From Caecitellus pseudoparvulus (taxonomy: Eukaryota; Protista; Bigyra: Bicosoecida): DNA of 43,365 nt. Numbering within the stretch: position 1 is the first letter of the stretch; each line of letters starts with the position of its first letter. Location: contig CBFFRQ010000145.1 in NCBI GenBank assembly GCA_965644315.1, positions 1-43,365 of the forward strand, written 5' to 3'. The notes under the pieces were generated by a model that was not told the DNA's origin, ran no database searches, and worked only from the letters and a program-made list of their open reading frames with translations. Of the stretch, positions 21,537 through 30,340 are shown piece after piece. The position numbers were made by a program, and so were the translations under genes.

Positions 21537-24149
21537 ATGGCCAGTGCAGCCGATTCCACCCTCGCATACCCCGTCGCCAAGGCGGGAGACACCGTGGACA
21601 CGCTTCACGGTGTGGACATTCCCGACCCTTTTCGAGGCCTTGAAGAAGACACCCCGGAAACCAAGGAATGGGTTGCTTCCCAGGTGCGTTGGCGTTGGCG
21701 TGGTGGCGCGGAGCTGCTGACTGGACCTTACCATGGCCGTTGCAACCTCACATCGTGCAGGTGAAGCTGTGGGACGGGTACCTCTCAAAAGCTGACAGTA
21801 TCCGCAGCAAGACTCGTGCCCGGTTGGACGAGGTGGGTCTTGGCGCCGCTTCACGGGCTTCCAGGCATGCTGGCACAGAACTTCGCTGCGTACAGGTGTT
21901 CAATTATGCGAAGATTGGCTGCCCTCGCAAGCACGGGGACACGTGGTACGTGTACCATAACACCGGCCTGCAGAACCAGTATGTGCTGTATCAGCTGGAT
22001 GGAGTCGGTGAGTGCCCAGCGCGTGGTCTGACTCCAACGGCAGGAAGACGTTCACACCTTGCGTTGTGCCACCTCAGACCCGGACGTCAGCAAGGCAAAG
22101 GTGTTCCTGGACCTGAACGAGGAGTTCCCGCAAGGGAATGTCGCCCTGCGAGCGAGCGCGTTCAGCCCGGATGGCCGCTTCTTTGCGTACGCCCTGTCAG
22201 TGAGTGGCAGCGACTGGTCCACGATCAAGGTCCGTGACACTGCCAGTGGGGAGGACTTGCCAGACCGCGTGCGGTGGGTGAAGTTCAGCGGCATCTCGTG
22301 GCTGGCTGACTCATCTGGGTTCTTCTTTCAGCGCTATGCTGCCCCCCAGGGAGTGGCGCCTCCCAATGTGGAGGCAGCTGGCACGCCTGGCGCAGCGACA
22401 GAGTCTGGCGCCGAGGAGGGCGAGGCTGCAGCGTCTGCGGGGACAGAGACGGCATCTGTGAAGGGCCACATGGTGTTCTTCCATCGTCTGGGCGCCTCTG
22501 ATGAGGAGGACCGACTGGTGTTTCGGTACGAGGAGAACCCAGACAACACCCTGGGCAGCAGCGTGACTTCTGATGGCAGGTATGTGCTGCTGTACGTCAG
22601 CAATGGCTGCGACCCAGTCAACAAGCTGTACTACTTGGACACCAAGGTGCATGCTGATGCCTGGGAGGCATGGCTGGGGGGTGCGGAAGCGCCTCTCCCC
22701 TTCGTGAAGTTGGTGGACAACTTCGAGGCGGAGTTCAGCGACATTGCGAATGATGGCAACAGGTTCTGGTTCAGGACCAACTTGAATGCCCCCCGCTACA
22801 AAGTAGTCTGTGCAACCTTGCCTGAAGGCCCCGAGGCGGAGGCGGCGGTGAGCGGCAAGGTGGGCGACGGACCTGGTGACTGGCGGGTGCAGGACTGGGT
22901 GCCAGAGGACGAAGAAGGCGGCGTACTGGACTCCGCGTCCGTCTTGAACAGTGCATACCTCTTCACAGTTGTCTCGCGCCACGCGGCTGACCGCCTGCTC
23001 GTGCGAACGCTGTACCAGCCAGATCAAGTGGCAGAGGTGCCGTTGCCAGGCCCAGGCTCTGTGGGCTTGTCCGGCAAGCGGCGCCAAGCGGAGGTGCACA
23101 TCAAGTACGTCTCGTACTTGTACCCAGGGTCCGTATTCAAGGTGACTCTGCCACCCCCTTCCACTGCATGGAGCCCCGAGCTGCCGTACTCCGGAGAGGG
23201 CTTCACTGCTGGCCAAGTTCCAGCGTACGTCGGGGAGCTGCCACCTCTGAGTGTGGCAAGCGACAATGTTCAGGCATGGGCCCACACGACTGTGCCCGGG
23301 TTTGACCCTGCAGACTTCACTGCTGAGCAGTTCTTCGTCGAGTCCACTGGCGGCGTCAAAGTGCCGTACACCGTCGTGCGCACCGCAGCCTCTGCCAGCT
23401 CTGGGCCTGTTCCCACCCTCATGTACGGCTATGGCGGCTTCAACATCTCCCTGACGCCCTGGTTCTCTGCCCCGCGACTGGTCTGGCTGAAGGAGCTGGG
23501 AGGTGCGTGGGTGCTGGCCAACATTCGGGGCGGAGGGGAATACGGAGAGGAGTGGCACAAGGGTGGCAGCCTGCGCAACAAGCAGCATTGCTTCGACGAC
23601 TTTGCTGCTGTCGGCCAGGCTCTCGTGGACTCTGGCGTGACAACCCCCGCGCAGCTAGGCATTCAGGGAGGCTCCAACGGTGGCTTGCTTACCCTGGTGA
23701 GTGCACTACAGTTCCCCCACCTCTACCGTGCAGCCATTTCCCAGGTGCCTGTCGCGGACATGCTGCGCTTCCACAAGTTTACCATCGGCCACGCTTGGAT
23801 CACCGACTATGGCTGCGCTGATGAGAGCAAAGAGTGGCTGGACTACCTGCTGACCTACTCCCCCTTGCACAACGTCAAGGCACCCCAGAGCCCCGCAGAG
23901 GCCTTGCCTGCAGTGCTCATCTGCACTGCGGATCACGATGATCGGGTCGTCCCCGGTCCCCACGCCTTCAAGATGGCAGCCACGCTGCAGACCGTCGCAG
24001 GCGCATCTCCTCACCAACAGCACCCGCTGCTCATTCGCATCGAACAGAAGGCAGGCCACGGAGCAGGCAAGCCAACGGCAAAGGTCTTGGATGAAGTTGC
24101 CGACCAGTACGCCTTCCTCGCGACTGAGCTCGGCGGCACCTGGCATTGA
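21537..24149 (+). CDS. PREP: Prolyl oligopeptidase (peptidase S9A)
   Basis: HGVDIPDPFRGLE N-terminus, YGYGGF, NIRGGGEYG, and catalytic GGSNGG, DHDDRV, GHGAGK. Introns at about 21684-21760, 21833-21895 and 22008-22077. Confidence 0.95.
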
Positions 24150-24395
24150 TCTGAGGCTAGGTTGGGGGCATCGTGTGACAAGGCCGTTCACAATGCATGC
24201 CGGCGCGCATTTTTGACGGTCGTCTGAGCATGCGGGAGTTTATGAAAGCTTGATGTTGTTGCATTGCTCAGCGCACAAGCCGGGGTTGACATTCCTGGGT
24301 CGATTGTGTGGGCTGCAGAGCCAGGCTGACGATCGCACCAGAGCCGGACTCGCTCAGCGGCGTGGGCGCTGGCTTGTGCAACAAAAGCAGCTGCA

Positions 24396-25835
24396 ATGAC
24401 GGCCACTCTTGAGGATCACTGCCCCTTTCCGTCTCAGCCTGCCAATCCACTGCCACAGTGGGAGGAAATGGGGTCCAAGCAGCGCCACATGCGGTTTTTG
24501 TCGGCGTGTCAAGCAGGCAACGTCCAGTTTGTGGAGCAGGCATTGGCCGTGCAAGGCCCCGCAAGCATAAACCCGCGCCGGAAGCGAAGTGTTTGCTTCA
24601 GAGTGGCCTGCAGCTACGGAAGGCTCGAAGTAGTGCGCCGCCTGCTTGACTGGGAGGTGGACGGGGAGGGAGTGGACGTGGATGCTGGCTTGGGCTCCGC
24701 TCTGGAGTCTGCTCTGAGGCACGGCCACGTGGATGTCGCTGCCGAATTGATGGCACTCCCCCTTGCCCGGCGCCCAGATGTCACGCTCGTGTGCCTCCCA
24801 CTCCTTCGATCCGACAAGATGCACTGTTCCTCCCCCTTGCTGGCAGCTGCACAATTCTTGGCGGATCGGAAGGGCGCTTCTGAGTGCATGGAGGCCATGC
24901 TCGCGGCTCTGCCAGAGCCCTACGAGGCAGCATGGACCAGGTGGGGGCGAAGCACCTCTGACTATATCAGGTTGACTGCCCGCATGCTCCTCCTGGCAAG
25001 CATGGGGCAGTACAGGGGTAAAAGCACAGCGCTGGAAATCATGCTCAAGCCTTGCTGGCAGGAGCAACGCAAGCCTGCTCTTGTCGCATGCTGGCAAGCT
25101 GTCCTGCAAGGAAAGCTGCCGACTCTCCTTGGGCAGTTTATCCCGTTGGCGCTGCAGCAGCACCCGTTGGCGGCAGCTCTCTCTCATAGCAGCAGCTCTC
25201 CGCCCAAAGGGTTCGCTTTGATCCTGTCACAACAAGGCGAAGCGCGGGTGCCAACCCGAACGCTGGGTCGCTTTCGCGCATTTGGAGCGCACAGCCTGTT
25301 CTACATTTTCACCTGCAACGGCCAATCGCCCACGAGGTTCATGTGTCCCGAATCTGTAGCGGTGCAAGTCGCGCTCTTCCTACGACACAGAGTGTTCGCA
25401 TGGTGCTGGAGCCGCATCCGCACCGCGCACCCATGGCTTCCTGCTGCGCAACCTGTCCACGAGCGTGTCGACTGGGGTATCGATGAGCCCAGTCTGCAAA
25501 TGGTCGAGGGCCACGATGTGACTGCGGGGCCGGGTGTGGCAGAGGAAGGAGGGGCGTGGCTTCACGATTTCCAGATCGCCCCACCTTCCGTACTGAGCAT
25601 GAAGCTGGGTTTGCTGCTTTCCCTTCCCCTTCCTCAAGTGTGGTGCTTCAATGGACACCAGCACGCGGACGCTGAACCCCAAGCTGCATACGCAGCTGCG
25701 CTCTCAAGACTGCACCCAAACCTGTGGCCACAAATGGTGGCTGTCCGACCATCCCTTACAGACGCCCGTAAGCAGGGAAACTGGGCTATCCGCAGACACA
25801 TGGTGTTGTGTAGGCGGAGTTTGGTAGCCACCTAG
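24396..25835 (+). CDS. Ankyrin-repeat protein (subtelomeric type)
   Basis: FLSACQAGNVQFV, FRVACSYGRLEVVRRLL and ALRHGHVDVAAELM ankyrin-like units in an intronless 479-aa ORF. Confidence 0.7.
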   Translation: MTATLEDHCPFPSQPANPLPQWEEMGSKQRHMRFLSACQAGNVQFVEQALAVQGPASINPRRKRSVCFRVACSYGRLEVVRRLLDWEVDGEGVDVDAGLGSALESALRHGHVDVAAELMALPLARRPDVTLVCLPLLRSDKMHCSSPLLAAAQFLADRKGASECMEAMLAALPEPYEAAWTRWGRSTSDYIRLTARMLLLASMGQYRGKSTALEIMLKPCWQEQRKPALVACWQAVLQGKLPTLLGQFIPLALQQHPLAAALSHSSSSPPKGFALILSQQGEARVPTRTLGRFRAFGAHSLFYIFTCNGQSPTRFMCPESVAVQVALFLRHRVFAWCWSRIRTAHPWLPAAQPVHERVDWGIDEPSLQMVEGHDVTAGPGVAEEGGAWLHDFQIAPPSVLSMKLGLLLSLPLPQVWCFNGHQHADAEPQAAYAAALSRLHPNLWPQMVAVRPSLTDARKQGNWAIRRHMVLCRRSLVAT

Positions 25836-26898
25836 GCGACTTTTGTCTCAGTTGCTCCCTTTCATATCGATGCGACGCCCCTGGCCAGCTCGTCCTGCAC
25901 AGTTGCCCTTGCAGGCGCCAGGGCTGGATCGGCTCACTTCTCCCCGACTCCCACCAGTTAAAGCCAGTGGCCTCCTGCCCTGTGCCAAACTACGACCCAT
26001 CCGTCTCTGCCAGGGCCTTCTCAAAAGTTGCTGCAGCACCACCTGAATCCCGCCCGCCCCTGCCAGGCTTTGGGCGACCTTCCGCGCCATACCCACGGCC
26101 GCTGATGCAGGGTTGTCAACTGCCTCTGTCCCCCCCCAAACCGCCCTTTGCACGCCCCTTCCCCGTCAATTGACCCATTTTTATGGCAACCGCCATAGTT
26201 CGGTCCCCCATGCAGGACACCATCTCCGTCGACAAAGCATGCACCAGTGATTGCAGCGCCGGGTCTGCCTGCATACGGCGCCGGTGGCCCTTGGCCCACG
26301 CCCGGCGCCACCCCTGCGGGCCATATTCTGTGGGTGCGGGTTAGCGAGCGGCCACGGCGTACCAGCTCCGTGTCGCGGCGGGAACGGGAGGTCACTGTGG
26401 TGAGCGGGCCGGGCTCTATCTCCGGCACGCGCAGAGCCTCAACAGCACAGCACACGGAATCCGGTGCCACAGACACTGGCATGTGCTCTACCGGCACCTG
26501 TTGCATGGGATTCTGGATCGTGGTGGACTGCGGGCTGCTCGGCTCGGTACTGTGGTGTGCCGCCCGCTGTCCGCCACGCACTGATGGGGCGGCAGCCCAA
26601 CCTGCATCCTGCTGTGCCTGACCATTGTCGTGTTCTTGCTCAAAGCGCTGCTGGTGCCGACTGCCGCTGCAGCCTTTATGCTGGTTGGTGTTGGGTTTGG
26701 TGCTGACGCAGTGCTTGGCTCAAAAAGCAGCATGACAGTAGCTGAGCAGGCAATGATGTTGTCTTGCGCCTTTTTCAGCTTCGCCCCCTTCCAACTTGTG
26801 CACCCTGTAATGACCCTGCAGGCAGCACGGCACCGTGGGAATGAGCACCCCATGTTGATGGAGCTACATCGAGTGGCTAGAGACGGCAAGGTGGACTC

Positions 26899-27954
26899 AT
26901 GTGGACCAAGGGGCGCCCGGATGTCCTTGCAGGTCTCGGCCAGCCCTCAGCGGCGGCCTCCGTCACAACCATTCGAGGCGACATCGTTCGGGCGTATGAT
27001 GCGCAAGGCTGGGACTGCGTGTACGTTGTACTGGGGAATGAGTCGCAGCCATTGCTTGCTCAGTGCTTCCCTGATGGCCGTCTTGGCCCAGCCAGAGTCC
27101 AAGTGGACCACAGCCGCCTTGCACACGTGCCCAAGGCCGAATGGACTGAGGCGGTGACGCACATGGTTGGGGACCTTGGCAGGCTTTGGAGAGAGAGGGG
27201 TCTGCAAGGCATCCCCAAGGCCATGCGATACATCCATGCAACGAGGGAGAGGTCAGTTGTCCACCCGCCTGTCCCGTTCCAGCCCAAGTTCCAAGAAGGG
27301 GACTCAGTCATCGCACGGGCATTCATCCCACCCGGCCAAGGGGAGGACGGAGAGTCCATGGACTGGGGGTGGACGAATGGGCCTGATGGCCGGTACCCTG
27401 GGCGTGTGTCACAGGGGCATGCCGACGGCACGTACTCCATCACCTTTGAGGATGGCGACAGCCACGACAGAGTGCCTGCCCTGTCTGTGCAAGTGCCACA
27501 GAGGTCGGGGAAAAGGCTGGGCGGGACAAAGAGACAGCGGGCAAGATCAGCTGCGGGTCTGGCAAGGTCTGGGGCAGCTTGTGGTACAGAGGACGACGAG
27601 GATGACGGCAGCGAAGTGCAGGATGGGGATGTGCTCAGCCTCATAGAGCAGCCGCAATGGTACCTCACAGTCAACACCCGTGCGCACACGCGGGCGTACT
27701 TCTACGACCCGCGTGATGGCAAAACTGTGTGTGGGAGGTTCCAGGAAGGGTCCAAGGTCATTGAAGCGGAGTACATGAAGCTGGACGGCGGCGAGCTGCT
27801 TGAGCTTGTCACGAAGTGCGAGCCAGTGAGTCCCCAACATCTGACAGGCGACATCGAGGAAGACCGAGCAGAGTTGCTCATATCCAAGTCAACCTTTTTG
27901 GCCCGCAAGAGCGAGTACAGCATTATTTCCAGAGGAAAACGCAGAAAGACCTGA
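26899..27954 (+). CDS. Hypothetical protein with a Tudor/Agenet-like domain; last host gene before the terminal array
   Basis: FQEGDSVIAR...YPGRVSQGHADGTYSITFEDGD resembles Tudor-like beta-barrels. Basic C-terminal RGKRRKT. Start uncertain. Confidence 0.55.
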   Translation: MWTKGRPDVLAGLGQPSAAASVTTIRGDIVRAYDAQGWDCVYVVLGNESQPLLAQCFPDGRLGPARVQVDHSRLAHVPKAEWTEAVTHMVGDLGRLWRERGLQGIPKAMRYIHATRERSVVHPPVPFQPKFQEGDSVIARAFIPPGQGEDGESMDWGWTNGPDGRYPGRVSQGHADGTYSITFEDGDSHDRVPALSVQVPQRSGKRLGGTKRQRARSAAGLARSGAACGTEDDEDDGSEVQDGDVLSLIEQPQWYLTVNTRAHTRAYFYDPRDGKTVCGRFQEGSKVIEAEYMKLDGGELLELVTKCEPVSPQHLTGDIEEDRAELLISKSTFLARKSEYSIISRGKRRKT

Positions 27955-28191
27955 GAGTAGAAGGAGCTGGGTGCCCTGTGAGCGAGCTTCAGGGAGCAGT
28001 GCAGGCCCACTTCGCAGTGGTGTGCAAGTCAGAGTGGCTCTTTTCGGCGTTGACTTTCGTTTTGAGGAGCCATAGCCCCCCTGGGTGGAGAAGGGAGGAA
28101 GCATCGCACAAGACTTCCGGAATGGGACCTAAGGCAAGAAGCCAAGTGGAGCTGGAGGTCCACGAGGTCAGCGGAGAAGCTGTGGAGACGC

Positions 28192-28205
28192 TTAGGTTAG
28201 GTTAG
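28192..28205 (+). repeat. Variant telomeric seed TTAGG TTAGG TTAG at the proximal junction of element A
   Basis: ...GAGACGC TTAGGTTAGGTTAG CTGTTCAATG... Confidence 0.85.
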
Positions 28206-28410
28206 CTGTTCAATGCATTGCACTTCACCTCCACGCTTGCAACTTGCGCGGTTCGGCTTGGGCGTCACATGCGGCGCTCGCTGCCGTGCACGAATGCACT
28301 GCAGAAGCGCCACAGCGGCTTCCACTTGCGTGGATCTGCAACCAACACAGTCTTGCGACCGTTGTAGAGGTCACCGCTTGCTAGGGCGTGTCCTACGCCC
28401 GCCCCAAGGG
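28206..28410 (-). ncRNA. Conserved structured 3'-terminal RNA module of element A
   Basis: Homologous to 33357-33560. Hairpins ACGGUC-GCAA-GACUGU, UCCAC-GCAA-GUGGA and GUGCA-UUCG-UGCAC, with compensatory changes relative to the B copy. Confidence 0.75.
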
Positions 28411-29007
28411 GAGAAAGTCCCGTCCTTGGCCAGCTTGAACCACACCACAGAGAGTTCATCCAGGTGGCGCGCTCGTCAATCAGCACTTCACATCATAATC
28501 CAACTCACTTCTCTGCACCATTCTTCATGCTTGTTGCCTTCGACATGCCTGCTGCCGCGAGAGAACCTTGCGGGGCAACTGCAGGCCGTTGTGAGGGAGG
28601 GGTGCTGCTGTGGCGTTTCGCTCGAAACGCCGCGGCAGCGGAGGGACCGCCTGGCGCACGAGTGCGCGCCGCAGCACCCCTTCCCTTCCACAGGATACTT
28701 TCTTCATATCAAGGTCAAACTTCTCTTGCACTTGGATGCTGAGTCCGGAGCCGGTGAGTCTATGCCTGCGGCGCCGCGCGTGGGACGTCCGTACGTCAAG
28801 CACGGCTTGTTCCACCCGCGTTGCCGCAGGGCTTCTTCGAGGACTTCAGGAGGCTCCATCATCGTCAGGTAAGTGCCCGTGGACCATTCGTTCAGCAATT
28901 TCTCCTCCTTTCGCAGAGCTATTCGTCAATCATCAGGGGGAGCTTCAGCAGGGGCGCTGCTTCGCAGGAGGGTGACCGTGGTTGTCACCACGACATACGT
29001 AAGCCTG

Positions 29008-30340
29008 CTACTGCCCGCCTGCCCCCTCTGCTGCCCCTCCTCCACTCTCAGGACCATCTCCCATGGAAGTGGACTGTCTTCCTTGGACCAGGCCGTGATC
29101 AAACAAGGTGGACTGCTGGGAGAAGGACCGGGGTGGCCCGCGCTGTGAGCGGTCAGGGAAGTACGTACGCTGTGTCCTCCGCGTGCGCACATCTCGAGTC
29201 TGCCTGTTCACAGCACTGGGCACCGGCTTCGTGTAGCCCGGAAAAGGACAGGCACGGCCATGAGCTGCCCACCAGAGGTACCTTGCGTGCCGCTGGACGT
29301 GCACGTGCTCTGGCGAGGTAAGTCTGAGCATGCGCTGCAGCACAATGTCCCACGCAGATGAAGCGAAGCCAGCCCCAGCCTGGAGCAGCTTCTTCCAGAA
29401 GGCTGGGGGCTTGACTGGACCACGAGTGGAGCGAAGGCGGAGGTGGGGGTGGCTCATGACAGCCGCCCCTTCAGGACTCCACAGTTGCTGCGCAGGATCC
29501 TCATCGATGCGGAAGGGCCATTGGCCACACAAGAGCAGGCGGAGAAGGAGCTTGGAGGACGATCGAGGGAGGGCACTCCGGGACTTCGCCGACTGGAGGG
29601 CGCGAGTCACGGGGGCAGGGATGGTCAAAAGAGCGGAGGGGTGCCCACCTTGGGCCACGCTGTTGGACTGGGCCGCGGTGGCCAGCATGGCTGCCAAGGC
29701 ATCCTGTCTGGCCTCGTCTAAGGCTGGGTGGCGGCACGAGAGCAAGACGTGCTCGTGCAACGTTGCCCAGGAGACACTCCCGCAGAGTGGACACTCCTCA
29801 AAGAGTGTCGGGGTGTCTTCGCCATGGAAAAGCTGAAGGGTTTGCCAGAGATGGACCTTCACAACCTGTGGCCGGTTGCCCTCGCACACCCATAGCAATG
29901 GGCTTGGGGCTGACGGGATGGGGTGGAGCCAGCAGAAGAACCGAGCCCCCACACCCACATGGTACGGCCGTGGGCGACGCACACGGTGCAGGTCACCAGT
30001 GGGGGAGTACCCGAGAGCGGGGCACTCGGACGACTGGGCGATGTGCAAGAAGGAGCACACGACATGCTGTCGGGCGCGCCACGACATGTCGGCAGGGAAG
30101 TCCGGGGGCAGCATCAAGCTGGAGGAGGAGGATGCAGCCAGCCCAAGGTACTTGATCTTGGGTGGTGTGGGATCCAGATCCAGCGTATCCGTCACGCTGT
30201 CGTCTGATGAAGTGTCCGCATTCCCGTCTCTCTGAACCAACTGCTCGAGGGCACTGCGGCTTGGCAGGCAGCCGTGCAACCACAAGTCGAACAGACCATG
30301 AAGGGCGAAGGGGGCGGGATGCCCGACCGTGCCCGATCCA
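29008..30340 (-). CDS. C-terminal continuation of the RT polyprotein in the -1 frame, with a CCHC zinc finger
   Basis: CPLCGSVSWATLHEHVLLSC is the zinc knuckle found downstream of LINE RTs. This frame overlaps the end of the RT ORF, implying a frameshift at about 30290-30340. Confidence 0.7.

Noticed and set aside
28265-28400. Apparent peptide conservation (GDLYNG..VLVA) between the A and B 3' ends
   Set aside because: The frames diverge through indels and stops within a few codons, and several substitutions are paired compensatory changes. RNA structure explains the conservation better.
28905-28940. CUGAUGA...GAAA on the minus strand, suggesting a hammerhead ribozyme as in Penelope-like elements
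   Set aside because: The intervening 17 nt cannot form stem II, and no stems I/III with a cleavage triplet were found.
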